From a virus (lineage: Duplodnaviria; Caudoviricetes): 61,675 nt of DNA. The stretch spans positions 1 through 61,675 of IMG/VR virus record IMGVR_UViG_3300037247_000790. One strand, given 5' to 3'. Under the pieces are notes generated by a model that ran no database searches, was not told the DNA's origin, and saw only the letters and a program-made list of their open reading frames with translations. Below, piece after piece: positions 36,228-46,184 of the stretch. Each line of letters begins with the position of its first letter. Within the stretch, counting starts at the first letter, position 1. The position numbers and the translations under genes were made by a program.

Positions 36228-36831
36228 CCTCCTAATCTCCGTCATCACCCGTGACATCGTTCATGCGGAGACTGCCCAGTGGCTATGTGATCAGCCCTAT
36301 TCGGTGGACATCGTGAAGGGGTATGGTGACATTCCCGATCAGCGAACGAAGCAGGTGAAGCTGTTTCTTGCGGGTGCTTGGGAGTGGGTGTTCATTCTGG
36401 ACAACGATGTGGTGCCGAAGACGTATACGATTGAGAAGTTGATGGAGCGGAGAATGTCCCGCGTGGTTGTCGTTGCCCCTCCTCTTACGTTGGGAAGGAC
36501 GAACCAAGTCTTTCCTATGGCATACAAGAAGCCTCAGAAAGATGATGGCATCTACTACCCCATCACGTCGGAAACACAAAGTACTATTCGTCAGCCCAAA
36601 GACACATCCATGCGTCGCGCGGTCGATCTTACTGGCATGTCCGGCGCCCTGCTTTCCCACAAGATGTTACGTGAGATAGGCCCACCGTGGTTTAAGACGA
36701 CCCATGATGCGGAAGGGCGTTACGTGGGATCGGAAGACGTGTTCTTCTGGTCGCTGGTCAAGGAAGCAGGCTGGGAGATTGAGGTCCAGTTGGATCTGGT
36801 TGCGGATCACATCAAGTTGATGAAGATATAG
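36220..36831 (+). CDS. Second GT-A fold glycosyltransferase-like protein
   Basis: ILDNDVVP (DxD), GMSGAL, PWF, SEDVFF, ADHIK. Confidence 0.75.
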   Translation: MIDLLISVITRDIVHAETAQWLCDQPYSVDIVKGYGDIPDQRTKQVKLFLAGAWEWVFILDNDVVPKTYTIEKLMERRMSRVVVVAPPLTLGRTNQVFPMAYKKPQKDDGIYYPITSETQSTIRQPKDTSMRRAVDLTGMSGALLSHKMLREIGPPWFKTTHDAEGRYVGSEDVFFWSLVKEAGWEIEVQLDLVADHIKLMKI

Positions 36832-36928
36832 GATAACCGAGGGTGCAGCACGAGGTAGTGACCACGGGGTAATGCTGCAGTTATAGGAGCAGGTGTAGGT
36901 TATTCGAGGGAGAGAAGGAGGTACTTCG

Positions 36929-37162
36929 ATGAGTGTCAAGATCCATTATGCAGACACCCCACGTCCGATGATTGAGATCGAACCTAAACTAGAGTTTCGG
37001 GAGGATCATTATGTTTATGATTTCGATCGCGTGCTGTCCGTTAGTGCTCAGCAGGGGGGCATAGTCTTCCATCTGCCTCACAGTCTAGCTGTGCAGCTAA
37101 AGGATGCGCTGGTGAACGTATATGGTATGGGTGGAAGAGCCATTCATGGGCCACTGGAGTGA
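36929..37162 (+). CDS. Hypothetical protein
   Basis: RBS AAGGAGG. Confidence 0.55.
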   Translation: MSVKIHYADTPRPMIEIEPKLEFREDHYVYDFDRVLSVSAQQGGIVFHLPHSLAVQLKDALVNVYGMGGRAIHGPLE

Positions 37163-37467
37163 TCTACACCGCAGTAGTTACCGAGCCTGATCTGATCGAG
37201 GATACTTTAGCTGATTGTATCCTGGCTCTCCTGAAAACGCAGAATCCTGTGGACGAGGAGCGAGTTGCGAACATGATCCCAACAGAGTTCATGGCGTACA
37301 TGGAGCAGCATGAGAAGAACGATCCCGACCTGACTGCGGCGGTGATCGACGGAGCGGAACCTTACAAGACGAGGAAGGGCCAGATAGTCGAGTGTCCCGT
37401 GTACGTGGTGGTGGCCGTGACTGCTTCATTGAAAGAAGGAGAGGGACCGACCATTGCCGACGTATGA
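37159..37467 (+). CDS. Hypothetical protein
   Basis: GTGA-coupled ORF. Confidence 0.55.
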   Translation: MIYTAVVTEPDLIEDTLADCILALLKTQNPVDEERVANMIPTEFMAYMEQHEKNDPDLTAAVIDGAEPYKTRKGQIVECPVYVVVAVTASLKEGEGPTIADV

Positions 37468-37834
37468 TTACGTTTGCCCTGACGGGCACGTGACTGAGAA
37501 GAAAGGGCAACTGGATGAGGAAACGACTCGGTGCCCTGCGATTACTTGCACTGATCCGAGAGAAGGGATTACTGATTGTGGTAAGAAGGCCCGTCGCCGT
37601 CCGGCATACCTGTCAACGGGAGTGATCTTCCCAGGCACTGGATTCACGCGGACGGTAATCCCTCCGGCACCGCCGAAGCCTCCGTCTAGGCCAGAGTTGA
37701 CACCGGATGAGCATTTCGAAGTGATGGATCAGTATGCAGAGGAACAGTATGCTGATGAGGTCAATGTCAGACCGGAACGGGATAAGGTGATCGAGAAGGC
37801 AAAGAAGGATGCTGCTGAGGGGAAGATATTTTGA
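37454..37834 (+). CDS. FmdB-family zinc-ribbon protein (second copy)
   Basis: MPTYDYVCPDGH...CP...CG...VIFPGTGF. Confidence 0.7.
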   Translation: MPTYDYVCPDGHVTEKKGQLDEETTRCPAITCTDPREGITDCGKKARRRPAYLSTGVIFPGTGFTRTVIPPAPPKPPSRPELTPDEHFEVMDQYAEEQYADEVNVRPERDKVIEKAKKDAAEGKIF

Positions 37835-38409
37835 GCGACATTAGCGACGAAGAGAAGGTACAGGCGTGGCTTGAAGCTATTGTTGAGATTTATCGTGAGC
37901 GGGCTTTGACGGTACTAGCTAAGATCATTCCCGACTCGGTACCAGGAATAGGAGATCCATCCTTGTCTCATCTGATGGCTCTCAAAGCGCGACTGCGCGC
38001 CAGCATCGAGGCGATCCATGTCTAGGAAGGTCAAGAGGATCAAGTCCACGACCCTTCGTGTCTTGGAAGGGACATACATGAACGACACAGCTCTAGTACG
38101 GGATGCTGGGCCTGGTGCGTCCTATCTGATCCGAATCATCAAGTGTCAGCATACTGGACACCCTCATCAGGGGGAGTGGATCGTGATGGCGAATAGAGCA
38201 TTGACGGAGGACTTCCCGTGAGTGAGACACCGATATGGAATTACTTGATGGATGGACGCTTTTGTGTAGCCCGTTGGTGTGATGGGGAGGCCGCCCCCAA
38301 AGTCAAACGTTTACATGTGCTAGTAGACCCAAACGACTCAATATTTCTTTATCTCGTTGGTGGAGTGCCTTATCTAGCACAAGAGGAGCTAGGAGTGGAG
38401 CGTGACTAA
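37831..38409 (+). other. Three short coupled hypothetical ORFs (37831-38025, 38018-38221, 38218-38409)
   Basis: Overlapping start/stop codons. Confidence 0.5.
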
Positions 38410-39025
38410 GAAGTGCTGTCTCAACGTCACGAACTATCATGGCCGTCCCTCGGATGATACCTCATCTGCGACCCAAGCCCGCATGATCCGTCTTCCGAGA
38501 ACATTATGGTCGGATGTTGAACTCCTCCTAGGCAAGCCACACATCTATGGCTGGACGGATATGTACGAGTTCTTCTTCGGCGCCGTCCGCATGTTCATCG
38601 ATGGCCACCTGCATTCGGATCTATTCGATCCAGAGGAGGCCAAGAGGGTTACTGCTAGACTGGCCTTTACCCGTCAGGTAGTGCAGGAAGCATCCGATGC
38701 GAGGGAACGGCGGGAGGTGGAGGCTGCCTTCCAGGAGCACGCGAGGGAACTGCACAAGATGGTTGAATTCGGTGAGCGGGCGGGACTCCTCAAGAGGCTG
38801 AGATACTTAGGCCAAGTGAGACAGCGGGCGACAGATGCGGGCGTCCAACGATGGGTTGATGCGCTGTACTTCTCCGAACCACGGGTGGCGGAGGCTGTCG
38901 GTTATCTAATGGAGTGCAATCTGCGAGAAGAGGGTACTCCAGCTTATGATCGTGCTCAGGCGAAGTATGTTGAAGACTGGTCTACGTTCCTTGAGAACAA
39001 CTCAGGGCACTTGACAACTACATAG
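38402..39025 (+). CDS. Hypothetical protein, possible ribbon-helix-helix regulator
   Basis: MIRLPRTLWSDVELLL...EFFFGAVR resembles an RHH pattern; weak. Confidence 0.45.
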   Translation: MTKKCCLNVTNYHGRPSDDTSSATQARMIRLPRTLWSDVELLLGKPHIYGWTDMYEFFFGAVRMFIDGHLHSDLFDPEEAKRVTARLAFTRQVVQEASDARERREVEAAFQEHARELHKMVEFGERAGLLKRLRYLGQVRQRATDAGVQRWVDALYFSEPRVAEAVGYLMECNLREEGTPAYDRAQAKYVEDWSTFLENNSGHLTTT

Positions 39026-39039
39026 GGATTAGGTATTCT
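39011..39039 (+). promoter_or_regulatory. Promoter TTGACA-17-TATTCT
   Basis: Upstream of helicase/recombination operon. Confidence 0.65.
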
Positions 39040-39158
39040 GATAGAGGAAAGGCGGTCTTGGGAGGTTCGCCAGACGAGTGCGATAGTCCTTAACTGGAAG
39101 GGAACCGCCAGGACAACTATGAGGTGAGGTTGTCCAGTATAATGGAAGGAGGCATTCG

Positions 39159-39443
39159 ATGACTGATCAAGTTCCCAATCTTTCCACAGTAGCCAAAGGC
39201 GGGGTTGACCTAGCCGATCCGGTGCAGAAAGTGGTCCGTGATTTTGCTACCCAGATGGCCCTGCACAAGGGCGTGGCCGTCGTGATCGTTGGCCTGACTG
39301 AAGACGGGACGATCCCCGTCGTCGCACACATACCTGGCGGCCTGCTGCAGGGGCTGGGAATGTTAACCTCTGGAGCCCAGCAGCTGGGGTTTAGCAATCT
39401 GCAGAAGGCAATGAGAGCGGGAGTAGATGCACCTCCCTCTTAA
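39159..39443 (+). CDS. Hypothetical protein
   Basis: RBS AAGGAGG. Confidence 0.6.
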   Translation: MTDQVPNLSTVAKGGVDLADPVQKVVRDFATQMALHKGVAVVIVGLTEDGTIPVVAHIPGGLLQGLGMLTSGAQQLGFSNLQKAMRAGVDAPPS

Positions 39444-41106
39444 GATAGACCTCTCTGTTGTTCCCGATCGACCATCTGGCCTAGGTATCGAAGTGCCTGG
39501 TGACACATGGTGGGAGGGGCAGAGGGAGACCATCGCGGAGATCGTCGCGCTGTTCAAGACGCATCGTTACGTCCTTGCGGGTATTCCGACCGGAGGCGGG
39601 AAGACGATCGTAGCGACTGCGGTGCATCGGATCCTGGATGGCAAGTCGTTGTTCCTGACGCATACCAAACAACTTCAGGGTCAGTATCTGAAGCAGGCGA
39701 AGTGGGCTGAGGTGGCGATGGGCCGAAACAATTACAAATGCCTGAATGCGGACTCCCCATTCGTTGGTCTCTATGGTAGGCAACTAAACGCAGAGGAATG
39801 CGGGAACCACAACAAGCGATGCATCTTCCCGAACAGATGTGAGTACCCACAGATGCTGAAGCGGGCCTCGCAGAATCCTCAAGTCGTGATGAACTATGCC
39901 TATGCCCTTCGTCTTCTGCGGGCGCCCTTACTGAAGTTGGGCACAATCGACGAGCCGCCAGAGGAGGAGGATCAGGTCTTCGAGGAATCGATTCCCAATC
40001 CGTTTAGGCGTGACTTCCTCGTATGTGATGAGGGACATCTGCTGGAGAACGCGATCGTAGAAGCGGCCTCCCTCAGCATATCCTATAGATCCTGTCGGGA
40101 AGCGAAGCTGCCTCCCATGCCATATACTGAGGACATGAAGTTGTGGATCAACTGGGCAAGTGACGCCCTGCCAACGATGACGGCATATGTCTCGTCATCC
40201 AACCAGCGTTCAAAGGATGCTTTAGCTTCTGGTGATACGAATGTGGTACGCTTAGCCCAGATGCATCTCTCTGCTCGTCGGTTGAAGGAGCAACTGCTGC
40301 AGCTTGCCAACGTGGACAGCTCGTGGATCGTCTATAAGGGATCGAATGCTGTCACGGTCCGACCCTTATGGGCATGGGGAGTGGCAGAGGCTGAGCTGTT
40401 CCAGTATTTTAGACGGGTGCTTATTATGTCAGCCACTCCTGGGGATCCTGACCTTCTGGCTAAGAGACTGGGAATCACGGAACCCTACGGATACATTGAT
40501 AGACCGTCAATCTTCCCCATTGGGAATAGGATTGTCTTCTACTGGCCAGTCCTGTCGGTCAACCGGCATACTTCTCCTGCAGAATGGGGGACGATCGCAT
40601 CGGCGGTTCAGTTTATTGCAGATCAGGAAGGGTTGAAGGACAAGAAGGGTCTCATCCACACGGGATCGTTTAAGATTGCAGCGGAGTTGGGGGCTAGATT
40701 GCAGGGCAGATTCCTCGTACATGAGATACCGGCCATGCGGGAGACTCTACTGGATGCGTTTGTCGAATCCGATCAACCGCTAGCTCTGGTATCTCCATCC
40801 TTTACCACGGGACTAGATTACAAGGACATCGGATGGCAGGTGATTGTTAAGGTGCCCTTTGGCAATCTGGGGGATCGGATCACCAAGATGCGGCATGGGT
40901 ACGCACTACCGGATGACCCGAAGTTTGGTCGGAAGGTCTATGATGACGATGCGTTGAATACTGTAGTACAGGCGGCAGGAAGGGCTGTCAGAGGGCCTGA
41001 AGATCAGGGAGTGACCTATGTGATCGACGGTAGTTTCTGGCCGCTGTATAAACGGGGACAGGCGCCAGAGTTTTTTAAGGAGGCAGTCCGATGGGTACGA
41101 TCATAG
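39427..41106 (+). CDS. SF2 DinG/XPD-like helicase
   Basis: PTGGGKT, GRNNYKC plus Fe-S Cys, CDEGH, MSAT, KVPF, QAAGRAVR. Confidence 0.9.
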   Translation: MHLPLKIDLSVVPDRPSGLGIEVPGDTWWEGQRETIAEIVALFKTHRYVLAGIPTGGGKTIVATAVHRILDGKSLFLTHTKQLQGQYLKQAKWAEVAMGRNNYKCLNADSPFVGLYGRQLNAEECGNHNKRCIFPNRCEYPQMLKRASQNPQVVMNYAYALRLLRAPLLKLGTIDEPPEEEDQVFEESIPNPFRRDFLVCDEGHLLENAIVEAASLSISYRSCREAKLPPMPYTEDMKLWINWASDALPTMTAYVSSSNQRSKDALASGDTNVVRLAQMHLSARRLKEQLLQLANVDSSWIVYKGSNAVTVRPLWAWGVAEAELFQYFRRVLIMSATPGDPDLLAKRLGITEPYGYIDRPSIFPIGNRIVFYWPVLSVNRHTSPAEWGTIASAVQFIADQEGLKDKKGLIHTGSFKIAAELGARLQGRFLVHEIPAMRETLLDAFVESDQPLALVSPSFTTGLDYKDIGWQVIVKVPFGNLGDRITKMRHGYALPDDPKFGRKVYDDDALNTVVQAAGRAVRGPEDQGVTYVIDGSFWPLYKRGQAPEFFKEAVRWVRS

Positions 41107-41258
41107 TGTTAGCAATAGGCGTGGGCCTTGGTGTCTTTCTAGGTCTTGAAGCCTATGATGTGGGCTTCTCATGGCGCGCGTCTGCACTACTAGGTTGGGT
41201 AGTTCTGATAAGTGTATCGTCTGCCCCATACGGACACAGACACAAGGGAGGTGATTAG
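41091..41258 (+). CDS. Small 2-TM membrane protein (not in ORF track)
   Basis: MGTIIVLAIGVGLGVFLG...; RBS AAGGAGG. Confidence 0.5.
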   Translation: MGTIIVLAIGVGLGVFLGLEAYDVGFSWRASALLGWVVLISVSSAPYGHRHKGGD

Positions 41259-41332
41259 TAGCATATTCTAACAACCTAATAGGAAGATCGGATATTCTCC
41301 CAGACTAGGAGAATAATCACAAAGGAGGCAAC

Positions 41333-42130
41333 ATGAGCGAAGAAGAAATTGCTCCCCCCAGTGGGTTCTCAATTGACCCCTCAACATGGGTGGAGCCCAA
41401 GCAGACCTTTCCTGGCAAGATCATCGTATCTGCAATGCGGTGGTCGGACGAGAAGTACAACCAGGCAACGGAATTCCGTCCTGCCCTCCCCCGTCCAGTA
41501 GCCCAGTGGGACGTACGGGTGCAGTGCCTGGATCGGATGTACCTACTGCCAGATGGATCACAGGCGGAGGTGATCCGGTATGGCGGAATCGATCTACAGA
41601 AATGGTCGGCCAGGGATGAGGCAATTGTCCCGATCCACGCCGGATTCCAGAAGGAGACCCTGATCACTGGCGAATGGAAGCGCGTGTTCGGAACGACCGA
41701 GCCGCCCGAAATACTCGTTGGCAAGTTTGCCGAGTTCGAGTTCTATCCTGCCAAGCGTGGGGCGAGAGGTCGGATCATGACCAATGTGCTGATCCCGACT
41801 GCGGTGCTTCCACCTGACTTTACCTTCGCGGGTGATGTCGAGCTGATCCAAGTTACGAGGGAGCAGCAGGAGTCTAGGGGAACGGATGCTGAGGCCACGA
41901 CGGAAGCATCTACTACTCCAGAGGCCCCTGCTGAGGAAGTAGCCGAGCAGCTGGTTAACTTCCTTGTTGGGCAGAAGGCGGACAATGCTGCTGCGATTAT
42001 CGGCGCCTTGCCGGACACCCTTCGTACCCAGTCAGTCCTTGGTGGGATCGCATCGGGTGATCTGCTGAAGGAGTTGGTGGATCAGAAGCGGATTACCGTC
42101 GGATCGGATCAGGTAATCGCCAAGGTCTAA
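41333..42130 (+). CDS. Hypothetical acidic protein (possible SSB/replication accessory)
   Basis: Position between helicase and nuclease; function inferred only. Confidence 0.45.
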   Translation: MSEEEIAPPSGFSIDPSTWVEPKQTFPGKIIVSAMRWSDEKYNQATEFRPALPRPVAQWDVRVQCLDRMYLLPDGSQAEVIRYGGIDLQKWSARDEAIVPIHAGFQKETLITGEWKRVFGTTEPPEILVGKFAEFEFYPAKRGARGRIMTNVLIPTAVLPPDFTFAGDVELIQVTREQQESRGTDAEATTEASTTPEAPAEEVAEQLVNFLVGQKADNAAAIIGALPDTLRTQSVLGGIASGDLLKELVDQKRITVGSDQVIAKV

Positions 42131-42999
42131 TGATGGACATTCTCGGACAGGTCGAGATCACATTCGACCATGACTACACGCGTCGGCTAAACGAAGAGAT
42201 TGTCCAGCAATATGGATCAACTGTCAAGCGTGTCGCTACGCATCTGAGTGATTTGCTGTACTGCCTCCGCAAAGGATGGGGTAGGCTCCACATTCCAGGG
42301 GATGAGTGGCGTGGCATCGATCCAGAGGAAGACCCGATGTTCATGTGGGCACAGGGCCTGCAGTTTGAAAGCCTTGTAGCGGAGGGGGAACAGCAGGGAC
42401 GGATGGCATACTGTTTCAAATGCCGCGCTGTTTCCTCTCCTCCGAGCGTACCATCTGAAGAGGAGGAGGTGGCCAAGTGCCCCGTCTGCGAGCAACGTTG
42501 GCTTGTTGCTACTCCGGACTGGAAAGCAGACGGGCTGATACATGAGTCTAAGCAGACTAGGAAGTCCCAACGAAGGGGAGTAAGGAACGCGCCCTGGTGG
42601 ATCGAGCAAGTGGTTTCGTACATGCTGTTCGATCGTTTGAAGACAGCCGCAGATCCGCCATTCTCTCGCCTAGTGGTCAACTGGCTGATGGGTGACTACG
42701 GGAATAAGAGGAAGGGCACCAGACCTCTGGGTCCAAAGTCCGTACTAGAAGCTCATCAGGTGAAGTACACCGGCAGTTGGGAGGAATGGCTGGCTGAGTT
42801 GCATCGGCGGAAGCAATTAGTAGAGGGCAATGAGATGCCTCTGTTGGACTTCAAGGAGTCGCCAAAGTATCCATGGGAATGTGCCAGCTGTCAGGTTGGG
42901 CAAGCGATGAAATGTCCTCAGTGGATCTGGGATGATGACGACAAGGAGACCTATCCGTTTGGGGACATTAGTTTGTTGGAGGTATCCGATGAAAGTTGA
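42130..42999 (+). CDS. Cas4-like PD-(D/E)xK exonuclease
   Basis: HLSDLLYCLRK, TPD...HESK, Q..SY, C-terminal CASC...C; internal CFKC/CPVC. Confidence 0.75.
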   Translation: MMDILGQVEITFDHDYTRRLNEEIVQQYGSTVKRVATHLSDLLYCLRKGWGRLHIPGDEWRGIDPEEDPMFMWAQGLQFESLVAEGEQQGRMAYCFKCRAVSSPPSVPSEEEEVAKCPVCEQRWLVATPDWKADGLIHESKQTRKSQRRGVRNAPWWIEQVVSYMLFDRLKTAADPPFSRLVVNWLMGDYGNKRKGTRPLGPKSVLEAHQVKYTGSWEEWLAELHRRKQLVEGNEMPLLDFKESPKYPWECASCQVGQAMKCPQWIWDDDDKETYPFGDISLLEVSDES

Positions 43000-43246
43000 G
43001 GTCTGTCGCAGACAAGATGGGACGTTCTCTGCCATTCAATTTGAGGGGCCTTGTCGCAACGCGTGGATAGGCAAGAGTGGGATGGGTTTTGGCAATGAGT
43101 ATGTGGGCTTCAATGCTCATTGGTATGATCTTTTCCGCCCGCTAGAACGATACTCTGCAGGGGACACACGCTTTGTGTTCTTTTGGAAACAGCTCTATCG
43201 TGGGCTAAGAGCCATCGTGAATCCGAAGGAGGAATGGTGGGAATGA
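42989..43246 (+). CDS. Hypothetical protein
   Basis: RBS GGAGG. Confidence 0.5.
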   Translation: MKVEVCRRQDGTFSAIQFEGPCRNAWIGKSGMGFGNEYVGFNAHWYDLFRPLERYSAGDTRFVFFWKQLYRGLRAIVNPKEEWWE

Positions 43247-44073
43247 CCGAAGACATCCAGACTAAGTACAACGCAATCAAGGGTGCGGACTTCGACACTA
43301 GCAAGAAGGACATCTCGTTGGCGATCTCTGTCGAGGGACTTGAAGGGACGGGCAAGACTCATTTTGCTTTGCTCACATGCCCGCTTCCCATTGTGCATAT
43401 CAACTTCTCCGACAGGGATGCGAACATCTTCCTCTACGATATGGACGAGGAACGGCGAAAGCAGGTCACTCTGTATAGTGATCCCTTTCAGGCCAAGACC
43501 TCGCAAGGTTGGACAAGGGCTGAGGGCCAAGCAGCATTAGCTGCCCTGTCAGAGATTGCTCAAGATCATTTGGCCAATGGCAAGATGAAGGGCGGGACGT
43601 TTGTACTGGACTCAGGTTCCTCATTTTGGGAAGTAGTACAGGAAGTCTACGTCGCTCCCCAGCAGGAGAAGAGGCAGTCCGAGGGAGGTAAACGATCAGG
43701 TGGTCTAGAATACATGCAGGGGAATCTGATCGTCAACGGGGTCATCTCCTGGTTGAAGCAGCAGGGCGCCCATGTGATCCTGACCCACCGGAAGAGGCAG
43801 GACTGGGATGCGAAAGGACCTATTCCTGGCCAGTTCTCCGCGCAGCTTAACAAGAAGGTTCCCTATCTGGTGGAGGTTCGGCTGGATCTGTACAAGACCT
43901 GCGAGGTTTGTGGATCGGAATTCTGTGAGAAGAAGGGGCACCAAGGAAGGAAGCATTGGGGGAGGATCGTGAAGTTCGGGCGGAACACCCAGATGGAGGG
44001 GATGTGCTTCGAGAATCCGTCATTTGATCTGGTCTACAACTTGTATGCTGCAGGGAATGGAGGCGGTAACTAA
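43243..44073 (+). CDS. P-loop ATPase, Sak4/AAA_24-like recombinase
   Basis: GLEGTGKT, FVLDS, VILTH. Confidence 0.7.
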   Translation: MTEDIQTKYNAIKGADFDTSKKDISLAISVEGLEGTGKTHFALLTCPLPIVHINFSDRDANIFLYDMDEERRKQVTLYSDPFQAKTSQGWTRAEGQAALAALSEIAQDHLANGKMKGGTFVLDSGSSFWEVVQEVYVAPQQEKRQSEGGKRSGGLEYMQGNLIVNGVISWLKQQGAHVILTHRKRQDWDAKGPIPGQFSAQLNKKVPYLVEVRLDLYKTCEVCGSEFCEKKGHQGRKHWGRIVKFGRNTQMEGMCFENPSFDLVYNLYAAGNGGGN

Positions 44074-44258
44074 TGCGCTGTCGATACTGTGATAAACCAT
44101 GTAAAGAGGTGTTCTGTACGGAGGAGTGCCAGTATGGATACGAGGATGCCATGTACGAGGCACGTGTTGAGGCTGAGGCAGAGGCTTTAGCTCGACTGGA
44201 CGAGGACGCGGCTGCCGATCGGGAGGCATTCGATCAACGAAATGCTAGTAGACCATGA
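44073..44258 (+). CDS. Small zinc-binding protein
   Basis: CRYC...FCTEEC. Confidence 0.55.
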   Translation: MRCRYCDKPCKEVFCTEECQYGYEDAMYEARVEAEAEALARLDEDAAADREAFDQRNASRP

Positions 44259-44414
44259 AGTGGCTGTGGCATCATCTCTTTGGGCACCCACCGTGGCATT
44301 TGACATATGAACCACAAGAGAGGCGATTACATTGCTCTTGTCGTAGATCATGGCGGCTCCGTGCAACGATAACGAGTTGGTTATACGATGTTCCGGTAAT
44401 CGTGGAGGACGCTC

Positions 44415-45131
44415 TTGAGTAACGAAGTCGTTGTGGTAGACGATCGGGAACCCTCCTACATGGCACCCCAACTAGCACAGTACGGGATCAGCCCCGTGTC
44501 CGGTCGTCTAGACGCTGGAGATTTCCAGTTTTTTCCACATGGGCTGAAGGTTCTGATCGAGCGAAAGACCGTATCCGATCTTCTCAACAGCCTGAAGTCT
44601 GCCCGTCTGGTCACTCAAGCACATAAGTTGATCGAACAGTCCGACGCGGCGATCCTGCTGATCGAAGGGCTCTATTCCCGATCCAAGCGAGGATATGTGG
44701 AGTATGAGCAAGGTTCCACCTTGGTCGAATCGGGCTGGTCGTGGGATGCGTTCACCGGCATGATGTTAGATCTCAAATGGATGGGTTTGTATGTGCATGA
44801 ATGCTATCATGGGGAGGCAGCAAGGGAGATTGCTCGAATCGTTGGCTCCCTGTGTGCGGAGCAGCACGCGTGGATACGATCGCGGGAGAGACCATCTGTG
44901 ATCACCGTTGATCCCCAGTACAAGAACGCGGTTTGGGCACTGTGCTCTTTCGGCGGAGTAGGGCCTGAGTGGGCTGACGCAATTCTCAAAGACCAAGGCA
45001 ACTTTGCTCAGATCGTATGTGCGGGCGCCGATCAGCTTGCCCAAGTCAAGAACAGGAAGGGTCAGTCATTTGGACACAAGCGAGCAGCCCGACTGGTAGA
45101 GGAGTTTGAGCAGCAGTGGACTACCGGCTAA
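44415..45131 (+). CDS. ERCC4/XPF-family nuclease with HhH (resolvase candidate)
   Basis: VDDRE, GDF, IERKTVSDL, LLIEG, GGVGP. Confidence 0.85.
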   Translation: MSNEVVVVDDREPSYMAPQLAQYGISPVSGRLDAGDFQFFPHGLKVLIERKTVSDLLNSLKSARLVTQAHKLIEQSDAAILLIEGLYSRSKRGYVEYEQGSTLVESGWSWDAFTGMMLDLKWMGLYVHECYHGEAAREIARIVGSLCAEQHAWIRSRERPSVITVDPQYKNAVWALCSFGGVGPEWADAILKDQGNFAQIVCAGADQLAQVKNRKGQSFGHKRAARLVEEFEQQWTTG

Positions 45132-45703
45132 CGATTCCTAATGGTCCTTGGAACACGATCCTCGCCGACCCTCCGTGGAAACTACGAATGGGTGGCGGTA
45201 AGCGTAAGCTAAAGTATGATACAATGGAACTAGATGAGATCAAGTCAATGGGCGATCGCATTCAGGAGATCACATCGGACACGGCCCACCTCTGGCTGTG
45301 GACGACGAACTCCCATTTGCCGGAGTCCCTTGAGGTGGTAGATTCTTGGGGCTTCGAATACAAGGGATTGAGAACATGGGACAAAGTACACATGGGTCTT
45401 GGCTGGTGGTTAAGAAATCAGACCGAGCAGTTGATCCTTGCGGTGAAGAAGGGCAAGGTACGCTGGTGGTTGGATCATCCGGACAAGTGGACGACCCTCT
45501 TTACTTCGCCCAGGAGGAAGCATTCGGAGAAGCCCATCTGGGGCGTGTACGACTGCATCACTGCCCTTAGTCGGGGGCCGTACTTGGAACTATTCGCCAA
45601 CGTTGAGAAGTTCCCTCCTATTGTTCACAAGGCACTGAAGGATGTAGGCTGGACATTTCAGGAAGCAGATCATCAGGCGCCGGAGGATGAGTACAAGGGA
45701 TGA
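45116..45703 (+). CDS. MT-A70 family adenine methyltransferase
   Basis: ILADPPW, LWLWTTN, WGFEY, GLGWWLRNQTE, HSEKP, LELFA. Confidence 0.9.
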   Translation: MDYRLTIPNGPWNTILADPPWKLRMGGGKRKLKYDTMELDEIKSMGDRIQEITSDTAHLWLWTTNSHLPESLEVVDSWGFEYKGLRTWDKVHMGLGWWLRNQTEQLILAVKKGKVRWWLDHPDKWTTLFTSPRRKHSEKPIWGVYDCITALSRGPYLELFANVEKFPPIVHKALKDVGWTFQEADHQAPEDEYKG

Positions 45704-46184
45704 TCTCCGATGAACATGGCCAACTCTGGAAAGTCCAGCCCAACGATCCCGCTTCTACTGCGGTCAAGCTGCTCAAGTCCAAGGGATTCACGAAGATTGT
45801 CCTCCCGCTTGCAGTCTTGATCCACGGACGGCCCCAGACAGGATGGTTCTGGCCTACTGTGGCTTCCGTGGAACAGACGCCTACATTGGATCGGATCGCC
45901 TGCTTAGAATGTTGCCTTGTGCTGGAGAAATCTGGTATGATGGAAGAGGAGGTAAAGTGATGGCCAAGATCACAATGGAGGAAGCATGGAAGGCCCTGAA
46001 CTACGTCGGGGCACAGATCGAGGAGCGCAACGCAGCCCGCGCCTTGGCCCTGGTTGTTCACGACGATGCCTGCCTGACTTGCACGGTGACATTGTTGAAT
46101 CCCTCGCCTGATTTCATAGCTGGTGTGACACTGCGGCGAGACAAATGCAAAGAGCGCAAGCGCATCGAGGCACTAGGCCGTTGA
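45700..46184 (+). other. Two short hypothetical ORFs (45700-45960, 45960-46184)
   Basis: Coupled ORFs. Confidence 0.5.

Noticed and set aside
39051-39110. tRNA or twister ribozyme (paired ends, terminal CCA, TAACTGGAAGGG)
   Set aside because: Only 60 nt, no proper T-arm or anticodon arm, CCA is part of the stem, and the 5' twister elements are missing
39427-42999. Type IV-like CRISPR system (DinG plus Cas4-like)
   Set aside because: No repeat-spacer array and no Cas5/6/7; both families are common stand-alone phage genes
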